This document shows positions 30,060 through 38,636 of a DNA stretch of 64,000 nucleotides, piece by piece. Both the position numbers and the translations under genes were made by a program. Origin of the DNA: Bacteroidota bacterium (lineage in GTDB: Bacteria; Bacteroidota; Bacteroidia; Sphingobacteriales; Sphingobacteriaceae); the NCBI GenBank assembly GCA_018266935.1, contig JAFDZL010000468.1, positions 5,246 to 69,245 on the forward strand, given 5' to 3'. The notes below the pieces were generated by a model that worked only from the letters and a program-made list of their open reading frames with translations, was not told the origin of the DNA and searched no databases. Positions within the stretch are counted from its first letter, which is position 1; the number at the start of each line of letters is the position of its first letter.

Positions 30060-30670
30060 TCCTCCACCAATTCCACTTCAGCGATCGGACTGAATAAATA
30101 CACCCTCCGTGTCGCAATCTCCGTGCATTTAAAGCGTTTGCGCAGTTGCTCATCCTTGCGGAAAACGCGGCCGTTCTTCATTTTGAACAGGGCTTTCATC
30201 GGCACTTTATCCACCGTTACATGTGCGGCATGTTTGGGCGCATCGTAAGCCCGGAGGGCCTTGAACAGCGTAAGGTCTGTGCAACTGGATGCGGCTGGAT
30301 TATCTAAGTAACGAACGATAGCGCGCTTGATATCGAACGGGAAAATATCCTGCTCGAAAAACGGCTGCATCATTCTTCTGAAATTGGCCTTCCATTCGGC
30401 CCCGTGCGGTTTGGCGCGGTGCTTGTGCTGGTTCCAGGTGTACAGGTGTGCGAATTCGTGTACCGTAGTTACCAGGAAGGCATAGGCATTCAGGTCAAAA
30501 TTCACCGAAATGCGGTGGCCTTTCCCGCTATGGGGCGGACGGTAGTCGCCGAATTTGCTGTTACGGTTGCGGGAAATTTTAAACTCACACTGAAAGTGAT
30601 CGATCCACCGGGCTATCAGTGGGGCCGCCGCAGCCGGGAGATACATTTGTAATACTTTTACTTTATCCAA
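30056..30670 (-). CDS. SprT-like zinc metalloprotease-fold protein
   Basis: HEFAHL zinc motif followed by ...HG.EW. Confidence 0.7.
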   Translation of the reverse strand: MDKVKVLQMYLPAAAAPLIARWIDHFQCEFKISRNRNSKFGDYRPPHSGKGHRISVNFDLNAYAFLVTTVHEFAHLYTWNQHKHRAKPHGAEWKANFRRMMQPFFEQDIFPFDIKRAIVRYLDNPAASSCTDLTLFKALRAYDAPKHAAHVTVDKVPMKALFKMKNGRVFRKDEQLRKRFKCTEIATRRVYLFSPIAEVELVED

Positions 30671-30690
30671 GTTTACCTCATTTCAAAGAT

Positions 30691-30846
30691 AGCAGAAAGC
30701 AGAAAGCTAAAAGCAGAAAGCGCTAATTGAATTATGAACATTGTGAAAATTCTTCACGGCGTTATAAGGTGAAAGCCAAAAGGCCAAAGCATAAGGTATC
30801 GATCCTGCACAACAAAAGCTTTGGTCTTTCTGCTTTTAGCTTTGAG
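30691..30846. repeat. Inverted AGCAGAAAG-word arms flanking a ~95-nt spacer
   Basis: The left arm is agcagaaagcagaaagctaaaagcagaaagcg. The reverse complement of the right arm is gctcaaagctaaaagcagaaagaccaaagc. Related words occur at 23141-23170. Confidence 0.7.
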
Positions 30847-30847
30847 C

Positions 30848-32959
30848 TTACCTCAACAGATGAAAGGTGATAAAACTCATTATATACGCCAATCCCGTCA
30901 TATAGGCGAACTGCGCTGCGGGCCAGCGCCAGCTTTTGGTTTCGCGATAAACGACGGCCATGGTGCTGGCGCATTGCATGGCGAAGGCATAGAACATCAT
31001 CAGCGAGAAAGCCACGGCAACGGTGAAGACCGGCGTCCCGTCAGGCTGTTTGGCGGCGGCCATTTTTTGCTGAACGGATTCCATCTTTTCGGCATCACCC
31101 TCGACGCTGTAGATGGTCGCCATAGTACCGACGAATACTTCGCGGGCAGCAAATGAGGTGATGAGCGCAATCCCAATCTTCCAGTCGAAGCCCAGCGGCC
31201 TGATCACCGGTTCGATGGCATGACCCAGTGCACCCGCATACGAGTTTTCGAGCTTTTCCGAAGCCATGGCGCGATGCAGATCGTCGGGTTTCATATGTTG
31301 GGCATACTGCGGCTGTTTGTACTTCTGTTCGATCTTCGCAAGACGGTCGCCCGGTCCATAAGATGCCAGCACCCACAGGATAACCGATATGGCGATAATT
31401 ACCTTTCCGGCCTGCACCACGAAGGTTTTCGCGCGCTGGTACATATCCTGGCCAACATTTTTCCAGCGCGGCATACGGTAAACCGGCAGTTCCATGATAA
31501 AGTAACCGCGCTCGCGCGCTTTCAGGATAAATTTCATCACATAAGCCACAGCCACCGCCGATATCAGGCTGAACACATACATCGCGGTAAGCGCCAGTCC
31601 CTGCATATTGAATATCCACCAAACATTGCGGTTTGGCACCACCAGGGCGATCATCAGGGTGTAAATAGGCAGCCGCGCGGAACAGGTAACAAGCGGCGTC
31701 ACCATAATGGTGATCATGCGGTCCTTCCAGTTTTCGATATTGCGGGTGCTCATGATCGACGGTACCGCGCAGGCAAAGCCGCCGATAAGCGGAACCACCG
31801 ATTTGCCGTTGAGCCCTACCTTACGCATGATGCGGTCCATCATGAAGGTGACGCGTGACATATAACCGGTGTCTTCCAAAATGGAGATAAAGCCGAAGAG
31901 GATAGCGATCTGCGGAATAAAGACCATTACGCCGCTCAAACCGCCCAATACGCCATCAACCGCGAGATTGGTTAAAGGTCCGGCGGGCAACACCTGGTGC
32001 AGCGAAAACTGCAGCCAGGCGAAAAAATCGCCTATCAGTTTCATGGGGTAAGCCGACCAGGCGAATATCGACTGGAATATGAACAGCAGTATCGCGAAGA
32101 AGATGATAAAGCCAAAAGTTTTATGCGTTAAAACCTTATCGATCTTATTACTTATCGTTTCGTCATGGGCCGTCACTTTTTGGGTAACGGCATCATACAG
32201 CAGATCGTTAATAAAATTGTATCGCGCGATGGTTTCCGAGGCCTGCGCCTTTTGCGAATGAAAGCTATGTTCCTGCTCCAATTCCTCCACACGATCGCTT
32301 TGCTGCGGCGTCAGGAATTTTAACGTCTCGTGCTGATGAGCGATCTGCAGCGCCATGTAGGGATTATCCACTTCCAGCTCGTCGCCTATCTGCGCGATCA
32401 GCTGCGGGGCTATCACTTCCACATCAATAGTTTCTTCCTGTAACGCGATCTTATTCGCGAAGGCGACAGCTTCTTTTAGTCCCCCGATACCCTCATTCTT
32501 TCTTGCGGAAATAGGAACCACCGGCACGCCCAGCTTTTCGGAGAGGATATCGACATTGATAGACGTCCCGGATTTTTTGGCCAGATCCATCATGTTCAAT
32601 GCGATGATGACCGGAATTTTCAGGTCGGCCACCTGGGTATAAAGCAGCAGGTTACGCTTCAGGTTGGAAGCGTCCAGAATAACTACGACGAGATCGGGCC
32701 TGAGCGGGTTGGCCTTATCAGCCAGTACGGAAAATACGATCGACTCGTCGCGGCTTTTGGGATACAGGCTATACGTTCCGGGCAGGTCGATGATCTGCGC
32801 ATGACGGCCATCGGGCAGTTCGCAAATGCCTGTTTTCTTGTCAACGGTAACACCCGGAAAATTGCCTATTTTTTGACTTAGCCCGGTGAGAACGTTAAAA
32901 AGCGTCGATTTACCGGTATTCGGGTTTCCTACAAGCGCAACTTTTATATCGGCGTCCAC
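30848..32959 (-). CDS. feoB: Ferrous iron transporter FeoB
   Basis: N-terminal G domain VALVGNPNTGKSTLFN and a large polytopic C-terminal domain; 703 aa. Confidence 0.95.
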   Translation of the reverse strand: MDADIKVALVGNPNTGKSTLFNVLTGLSQKIGNFPGVTVDKKTGICELPDGRHAQIIDLPGTYSLYPKSRDESIVFSVLADKANPLRPDLVVVILDASNLKRNLLLYTQVADLKIPVIIALNMMDLAKKSGTSINVDILSEKLGVPVVPISARKNEGIGGLKEAVAFANKIALQEETIDVEVIAPQLIAQIGDELEVDNPYMALQIAHQHETLKFLTPQQSDRVEELEQEHSFHSQKAQASETIARYNFINDLLYDAVTQKVTAHDETISNKIDKVLTHKTFGFIIFFAILLFIFQSIFAWSAYPMKLIGDFFAWLQFSLHQVLPAGPLTNLAVDGVLGGLSGVMVFIPQIAILFGFISILEDTGYMSRVTFMMDRIMRKVGLNGKSVVPLIGGFACAVPSIMSTRNIENWKDRMITIMVTPLVTCSARLPIYTLMIALVVPNRNVWWIFNMQGLALTAMYVFSLISAVAVAYVMKFILKARERGYFIMELPVYRMPRWKNVGQDMYQRAKTFVVQAGKVIIAISVILWVLASYGPGDRLAKIEQKYKQPQYAQHMKPDDLHRAMASEKLENSYAGALGHAIEPVIRPLGFDWKIGIALITSFAAREVFVGTMATIYSVEGDAEKMESVQQKMAAAKQPDGTPVFTVAVAFSLMMFYAFAMQCASTMAVVYRETKSWRWPAAQFAYMTGLAYIMSFITFHLLR

Positions 32960-32973
32960 TTGTTCTTAAAAAC

Positions 32974-33189
32974 TTACTGCAGGATAATGGTTGAGGCTTC
33001 CTTCTTACGCAAACTTAACTGGTAGCCCGAAACATGTATGGCGATGGGGTCGCCAAGCGGGGCAATGCGTGAAACTCGGATCTCTTCGCCGGGCAAACAT
33101 CCCATTTCCATCAACTTCACCGACATTTCCAGGTCGGTAAATTCCTTTACTATTCCTGTTTCCCCTACTTCGAGTTGCGAAAGTCTCAT
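32974..33189 (-). CDS. feoA: Ferrous iron transport protein FeoA
   Basis: MRLSQLEVGETGIVKEF...LMEMGCLPGEEI; start chosen at 33189. Confidence 0.85.
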   Translation of the reverse strand: MRLSQLEVGETGIVKEFTDLEMSVKLMEMGCLPGEEIRVSRIAPLGDPIAIHVSGYQLSLRKKEASTIILQ

Positions 33190-33250
33190 ATTTTTCGTGT
33201 TATTAACACAACAAATGTATGCCTTATTTAAATTCAATCCAAATAAAAAC

Positions 33251-33298
33251 AAGTGACATTGGTCACTTTTCCGTCGTAAAAACGTGATCTGCGTCACT
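33251..33298. promoter_or_regulatory. Two GTGAC-N4-GTCAC-type palindromes upstream of feoAB (candidate operator)
   Basis: aAGTGACattgGTCACTt (33251-33268) and GTGATctgcGTCAC (33284-33297). Both are followed by GTCACTTTT. Confidence 0.35.
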
Positions 33299-33320
33299 TT
33301 TTTACATTATCCTTATAAGA

Positions 33321-33464
33321 TCAGGCGTAGTATTTCGGCGTGGGGATTTGTTTGGCCGGCACATTTTTGCCGAAATGGGGACAGCCGCAATCTTTTTTGA
33401 AAATTCCGCAGGATGAAAGAATCGTTATGATGATACCTAAAATGATATACTTAAACTTTTTCAT
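33321..33464 (-). CDS. Small (47-aa) putative lipoprotein, below the ORF-track cutoff
   Basis: MKKFKYIILGIIITILSSCGIFKKDCGCPHFGKNVPAKQIPTPKYYA* has a lipobox LSSC. Its ATG overlaps the 3' end of the VanZ-like gene. Confidence 0.4.
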   Translation of the reverse strand: MKKFKYIILGIIITILSSCGIFKKDCGCPHFGKNVPAKQIPTPKYYA

Positions 33465-33846
33465 GCCCCAATGCTCTTTCGATAACTAATATACTAAATG
33501 CTGCCATACCTGCGCCCACCATGTCGGCAAAAAGGTCGCCCCACTCGCCGCTGCGCCAGGTAAAAACCGTCAGCTGTAATATTTCGATGAGGCCGCCATA
33601 CAGCAGGCACCATGTCAAAATCGCCGCTGCAGATTTATACGACAGGAACTTGATATTTTGTTGCCTGATGATGCCGGTAGTCCAGAAAATTACCAACACG
33701 AAAAAGAAGCCGCAGTGCGTGAGTTTGTCGAAACCGGGAAAGAACATGGGCGAACTGCTGACACCGCCCAGATTTACCGAGCACATGATAAAAATAAATA
33801 AAGCCCACAAAATTGTGAGCTTTTGATATTTTATGGTCTTTTTCAT
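33451..33846 (-). CDS. VanZ-like family membrane protein
   Basis: Four TM segments and the DKLTHCGFFFVL motif. Confidence 0.65.
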   Translation of the reverse strand: MKKTIKYQKLTILWALFIFIMCSVNLGGVSSSPMFFPGFDKLTHCGFFFVLVIFWTTGIIRQQNIKFLSYKSAAAILTWCLLYGGLIEILQLTVFTWRSGEWGDLFADMVGAGMAAFSILVIERALGHEKV

Positions 33847-34226
33847 TATGCGCCTATGAGCGACTGGTAAGCTTCGGCTGAAAGCAAGCCGCTTGCTTCT
33901 GAAGCGTCTTTCACGGTTATTTTTACCATCCAGCCATCGCCGTAAGGGTCGGTGTTTACCAGTTCTGGCTGGGCATCGAGTCCTGAATTCACTTCCGTAA
34001 CCGTACCGGTAAGCGGCATAAACAGGTCGGATACGGTTTTAACGGCCTCAACAGTACCGAAAACCTCTTCCTTAGCCACTTCCTTCCCTACTGAGGTGAT
34101 ATCAACATAAACTATGTCGCCCAGTTCGCGCTGTGCGAATTCGGTGATGCCGACTGTAGCCGTATCGCCGTCAATTTTTACCCATTCGTGGTCCTTGGTG
34201 TATTTGAGTTCAGCAGGGAAATTCAT
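33846..34226 (-). CDS. gcvH: Glycine cleavage system protein H
   Basis: YTKDHEWV...[13 protein letters not shown] lipoyl-lysine motif. Confidence 0.95.
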   Translation of the reverse strand: MNFPAELKYTKDHEWVKIDGDTATVGITEFAQRELGDIVYVDITSVGKEVAKEEVFGTVEAVKTVSDLFMPLTGTVTEVNSGLDAQPELVNTDPYGDGWMVKITVKDASEASGLLSAEAYQSLIGA

Positions 34227-34459
34227 ATCGTTTTGATTTTTATAGCGGCAAAAATAAGAAAAAATAGATGTGAGATTTGAGATATGAGATATGAGATTTA
34301 AGATATTTCTTATAATAAAGAAAATAACATACCAAACATGCGATTTTTGTGGCCATGCCTGCTCTTCAATCTCACGCCTGATAGCTCAAATCCGGGTAAG
34401 CGAAAACCATACCCGAAACGCGTTGTTAACCAATATATAAATCCACTAAAATTACTACC

Positions 34460-35041
34460 ATGAAAAAGTTAGAGTCCCTGTTATGGATCGCTGCGGCCGT
34501 TGTTATTTTCCAGGGCTGCAAGGGGAATAAGGGAAGCACAACAGCCGCTGATAGCGCCAATGAAGCCAAAACCACCGACACCACACAATTGAAACAGCAT
34601 ATTGCAGTCGATCAGAATGACGCTAAATTTGTCGTGACTGCGGCGGCCGACGGTATGACCGAAGTTGACGCCGGTAAAATGGCGGTGACCAAAGCGAAAA
34701 GCACACGCATCAAGAATTTCGCGACCATGATGGTGAACGATCACTCTAAAGCCGGGAACGAACTGGCAAAGATCGCCGCAGATAAGGGTATTACGCTACC
34801 AACGGCGCCCGATACCACGCAAAAAAAGAAAGCCGCCGAATTAAGTCAGAAATCAGGCAGGGATTTTGACAAAGCTTATGTTGGCGCCATGGTCGACGGG
34901 CATAAAAAGGCGGTAAGCCTGTTCGAGGATGCATCCAAAAACCTGAAAGACACAACGCTGCGGGCATTCGCTATCAAGACACTTCCTACGCTGAAAATGC
35001 ACCTGGATTCCATCAACGCGATCAAATCAAGCATGAAATAG
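34460..35041 (+). CDS. DUF4142-domain secreted protein/lipoprotein
   Basis: Lipobox-like FQGC, plus the D..F...AA.GGM.EV..G..A and MV.DH pattern of DUF4142. Confidence 0.7.
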   Translation: MKKLESLLWIAAAVVIFQGCKGNKGSTTAADSANEAKTTDTTQLKQHIAVDQNDAKFVVTAAADGMTEVDAGKMAVTKAKSTRIKNFATMMVNDHSKAGNELAKIAADKGITLPTAPDTTQKKKAAELSQKSGRDFDKAYVGAMVDGHKKAVSLFEDASKNLKDTTLRAFAIKTLPTLKMHLDSINAIKSSMK

Positions 35042-35136
35042 TTTTAATGATCCTATTATAAATCCGAAGGGAGCTGCAACGTGGTTCCCTTTCTTTTGTT
35101 TCAGTAACTTACGAGGCGAATCTATATTTAAATATG

Positions 35137-35144
35137 TATCTTTG
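35137..35144 (+). promoter_or_regulatory. Candidate -7 promoter box (TAnnTTTG)
   Basis: TATCTTTG lies 23 nt upstream of the ATG at 35168. Confidence 0.35.
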
Positions 35145-35167
35145 TATCAACCCTGTGGTCAAGCACT

Positions 35168-35410
35168 ATGCCTGCTAAACAAAGAAGGCTCATTTTTGAG
35201 TTGAGCGCGAAAGAAAAAGAAAATAAACTTAGGGCGGTCTTGTATAAGGCCATCAACGAAGCATCTGCGCAAAACCTTCCTTTTATATACAAAAATGAAC
35301 TATGTATAAAGCCCAGCCTTTTTATACATAAATATCCAAACGGCAGGGAAGTATTGATCGAGCAAGATTCAAAAACCTTCTCGGAAAAAACGATCACCGT
35401 GTTACGTTAG
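35168..35410 (+). CDS. Putative antitoxin, paralogue of 29247-29495
   Basis: 80 aa. LPFIYKNE...LFIHKYPNGREVLIE matches VPIFYRNE...LFVKEYPNGAKFLVR. Confidence 0.5.
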   Translation: MPAKQRRLIFELSAKEKENKLRAVLYKAINEASAQNLPFIYKNELCIKPSLFIHKYPNGREVLIEQDSKTFSEKTITVLR

Positions 35411-35413
35411 CCT

Positions 35414-36042
35414 ATGGAACGGCCGAGGCTTTTCATTGTGGCTGGCCCGAATGGTTCCGGTAAAAGCCTTTTTTCAAAAGAGCTTACTCAAGTTGATTTT
35501 GAGGTTTTTGATGGAGACCAATATATGAGCAGGCTGGTCATGCAATATCCCGAAACCGGTAGTGAGGCCTTATGGTCACATATTAATGATCATATTTCAC
35601 AGAGGAAAAACAGAAGGCGATATCTTCGAAGGTCAATTTTGCGTTTGAGACAAACTTCAGTAACGAAACGCCTTTAAAATCACTCTATGAGTTTCGTAGT
35701 AAAGGTTATGAAATACATCTTATCTTCATGGGTCTTAATTCGTTAGAAGAATCTCTGCAACGCGTAGCTTATCGTGTTCGGACAGGCGGGCACAAGGTCT
35801 CAGAGCAATCCATAAGATATAATTATGAACACGGTTTTAAGAATCTATATAAATATTTCAAGGATTTTGATTCGGTAACGCTCTTTGACAATTCGGTAGC
35901 GAAAGTTGATGAACCGGTGGTTCCAAAGGAAATATTACATATTACTAATCGAATTCTTTACTTGCAAACAACCGTCTATCCGGAATGGGTTAAACCTATT
36001 GTTGACAGTTTTGATCGAATAAAAATCCCTGATAAAAAATAA
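35414..36042 (+). pseudogene. Zeta-toxin-like P-loop kinase, disrupted by a frameshift near 35587-35600
   Basis: Frame A reads MERPRLFIVAGPNGSGKS...SHINDHI. Frame B continues FTEEKQKAISSKVNFAFETNFS...GLNSLEESLQRVAYRVRTGGHKV. Together they are collinear with the 29496 protein. Confidence 0.7.
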
Positions 36043-36046
36043 TTTT

Positions 36047-37063
36047 ATGTCATCACCCATCGTAACGGGCCTTATGGCCTACGGCATGTCGGGACGTGTG
36101 TTCCATGCGCCATTTGTTGAACTGCATCCTGGCTTTAAACTGAAAGCCGTTGTCGAGCGCCATGAGAAAAAGGCTAAGGCTGATTTGCCGGGAATCACCA
36201 GTTATAATTCGACGGATGAATTGGTAAACGATAATGAGCTTGAACTTATCATCGTCAACACACCGCCGCACACGCATTTCGACCTGGCTAAAAAAGCGCT
36301 CGAAGCAGGTAAGCACGTACTGATCGAAAAGCCCATTGCGATAAATTCAGCGGAAGTAAAGGAATTGTTTGAGTTAGGGCGCAAGATGAACAAGCACGTG
36401 ATGGTGTACCAGAACCGGCGCTGGGACAGCGATTTCGTATCGATGAAAAAAGTGATCGAAAGCGGCAGGCTTGGCGAACTGATCGAGGTGCATTTCCGGT
36501 TCGATCGTTACAAAACCACGCTCAGTCCGAAAGTTTTCAAAGAAACCAAAGGCCTGCCGGGTAATGGTTTGGTTTATGATCTTGGCCCGCATTTGATCGA
36601 CCAGGCGATCAGTCTTTTTGGCAAGCCGCTGTCATTCAAAAAGACAACGGGGATATACCGCGAGAATTCAGAAGTGCCGGACTATTTTCATTTCCATCTC
36701 AGCTACCCGCACCAATTGAATGTCTTCCTCACTTCCGGGCTCCTGATTGCGGAGCCTACACCATCATTCGTAGCGCACGGCACCCTGGGCAGCTATCTGA
36801 AAAACCGCGTGGACGTGCAGGAAGCGCAATTGGACAATGGAATATGGCCCGATGAACCTTTTTATGGCATCGAACCGGAAGGCGAAGACGGCATACTGGC
36901 CACCTTTGATGAAGGTGGGAACAAGCAAACCGAATATATTCCTTCGGAGAAGGGCGATTATATGCAGTTATTTGAGGCTGTTTATGATACCATCCGCAAC
37001 GGAACCTTATACCCGATAACAGCGGAGCATATTGCGTGGCAGGTGGAATTATTGGAAAGTTGA
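36047..37063 (+). CDS. Gfo/Idh/MocA-family oxidoreductase
   Basis: N-terminal Rossmann fold, EKP motif (VLIEKPIA); 338 aa. Confidence 0.85.
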   Translation: MSSPIVTGLMAYGMSGRVFHAPFVELHPGFKLKAVVERHEKKAKADLPGITSYNSTDELVNDNELELIIVNTPPHTHFDLAKKALEAGKHVLIEKPIAINSAEVKELFELGRKMNKHVMVYQNRRWDSDFVSMKKVIESGRLGELIEVHFRFDRYKTTLSPKVFKETKGLPGNGLVYDLGPHLIDQAISLFGKPLSFKKTTGIYRENSEVPDYFHFHLSYPHQLNVFLTSGLLIAEPTPSFVAHGTLGSYLKNRVDVQEAQLDNGIWPDEPFYGIEPEGEDGILATFDEGGNKQTEYIPSEKGDYMQLFEAVYDTIRNGTLYPITAEHIAWQVELLES

Positions 37064-37145
37064 TTGAGTTAGATTAAGTTGATTGAGTTGAATAGGTTAA
37101 TATCCGAAAAACTGAATCGACCACTTGACTAAATCAAATCAACTA
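37060..37145. repeat. GATTGAGTT/GATTAAGTT word palindrome (third family member)
   Basis: It starts within the stop codon of the oxidoreductase gene. The 23-mer at 37060-37082 is identical to 24783-24805. Confidence 0.75.
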
Positions 37146-37170
37146 AAAATACAGTACATTTACCCTGATC

Positions 37171-37674
37171 ATGAAAAAAATACTGCTCATATTAACCTTT
37201 ATCATAGCCGCCGGCTGCAGCCGCGCGCAGGATACAGTTGACACGAAAAACATTCAGAACATCCCGCCTTTTAAGATTTTAAAGCAGGACAGCACCTGGT
37301 TTTCGGTTAAAAATCTGCAAAAGAACAAGCCGGTAATGATCATCTACTTCGCACCCGACTGCAGCCATTGCCAGCATCTGATGTACGATCTGAGACCGCA
37401 TATGAAGGAGCTGAAGAACGTTCAGATCGTAATGGTGACCTTCACCGAAGCCTCGATGCTGAAACTGCTACAAGATTTTTACAAAACTTTCGACCTGAAA
37501 AAATACCCCAATGTGACCATCGGCACCGAGGGGCATTCTTATGTGGTACAACGCTATTACCAGGTGCGTACGACGCCATATATCGCCATTTACGACCACA
37601 AGGGAAAACTCGTAAAAGCCTATGTCCATGCCCCCTCAGTTAAGGAACTGGTGGCCGAAGCACGGAAGGGCTGA
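37171..37674 (+). CDS. Thioredoxin-fold (TlpA/redoxin-like) protein
   Basis: Signal/lipobox AAGC and the CxxC motif FAPDCSHCQH. Confidence 0.7.
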   Translation: MKKILLILTFIIAAGCSRAQDTVDTKNIQNIPPFKILKQDSTWFSVKNLQKNKPVMIIYFAPDCSHCQHLMYDLRPHMKELKNVQIVMVTFTEASMLKLLQDFYKTFDLKKYPNVTIGTEGHSYVVQRYYQVRTTPYIAIYDHKGKLVKAYVHAPSVKELVAEARKG

Positions 37675-37711
37675 CAAACCGCCGTTCTTACGTTAACGAC
37701 AACCGGTTAGG

Positions 37712-38053
37712 TTACCTGCTGGCAGAATAACCCAGGCCAATGATCGAAATGATGCTCAGGAGGATAAACCCTGCCGTCAAAAGATCAAATCTCGTTTTGA
37801 AAAAAAGTACGTCGAGGCCGATAGTCAATGAAAGCGAGATGGCGCTCCAAACCAGCGAAGCCACACTCAGGGAGACGCTGTCCAGCGATTTTTTGAATAA
37901 AAAAATACCCAGCGACATACAACACAATCCTATTCCGTTTGCCCGCCAGTCGGTAAGACCGGTCGATTTTTTTAAAGCCACATTCCATATAGCTTCCGCT
38001 ATTGCCGCTAAAAGGAGCATCAGCATGCTCAACTTATATCCCATTTTGTTCAA
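37712..38053 (-). CDS. SMR-family small multidrug/quaternary-cation exporter-like protein
   Basis: About 110 aa with 4 TM segments. The E in TM1 (AIAEAIWNVALK) is characteristic of SMR proteins. Confidence 0.65.
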   Translation of the reverse strand: MNKMGYKLSMLMLLLAAIAEAIWNVALKKSTGLTDWRANGIGLCCMSLGIFLFKKSLDSVSLSVASLVWSAISLSLTIGLDVLFFKTRFDLLTAGFILLSIISIIGLGYSASR

Positions 38054-38106
38054 AAAGAAGTCCTTAAAACACCGAAAGCAGAGATTGTACGCTTGCGTAA
38101 GTCACA

Positions 38107-38526
38107 TTATTGAACATCAATCAGCAGGGATCGCCGTTTACACTTCCGGTATAAGACATACGATGCCGTAACAAGCAAAATACCCAATACCGCCGGAAAA
38201 TAAACCGACGGCCCATCGCCATTTAACAAGTGCGAGGATAAAGCCCCGCATACATCAAAGGTCAAGCCGGCGTAAGCCCATTCTCTAACCCTGGGATATT
38301 TTGGGATCACGGTCCCTATCACACCCAATATTTTCAGTGCTCCTATCAGCCGAGCAAAATAGCCGGGGTAGCCGAGGTGTTTAAAAAAAGCCATTACATT
38401 GGGGCCATTCATCAGATCAGTTATGGCCCCAAGCGTTATAAATGCGGCCATCAAACCGGTGACCACCCAATACGCAATTTTTAAAATTTTCATAATTGCT
38501 CGTGTTATTTTGAACATTGGTCGCAA
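38107..38526 (-). CDS. DoxX-like membrane protein
   Basis: Four TM segments with a DoxX-like pattern. The real start may be MKILKIAYW (38493). Confidence 0.5.
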   Translation of the reverse strand: MRPMFKITRAIMKILKIAYWVVTGLMAAFITLGAITDLMNGPNVMAFFKHLGYPGYFARLIGALKILGVIGTVIPKYPRVREWAYAGLTFDVCGALSSHLLNGDGPSVYFPAVLGILLVTASYVLYRKCKRRSLLIDVQ

Positions 38527-38636
38527 CGCGGTCGATTACCTTACAAACTTTTGATTTTTGCTAAAATGCGGCCGCTTTCCGTGAGCTTGCTTTGCCGCCG
38601 ATTATCTCTATCTTAGTTACTTTAACCCTCACAATT

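Noticed and set aside
31095-31858. 175-aa (minus, other frame) and 212-aa (plus) ORFs
   Set aside because: Both overlap feoB. The feoB frame carries the G-domain and transporter motifs, and the others are shadow ORFs.
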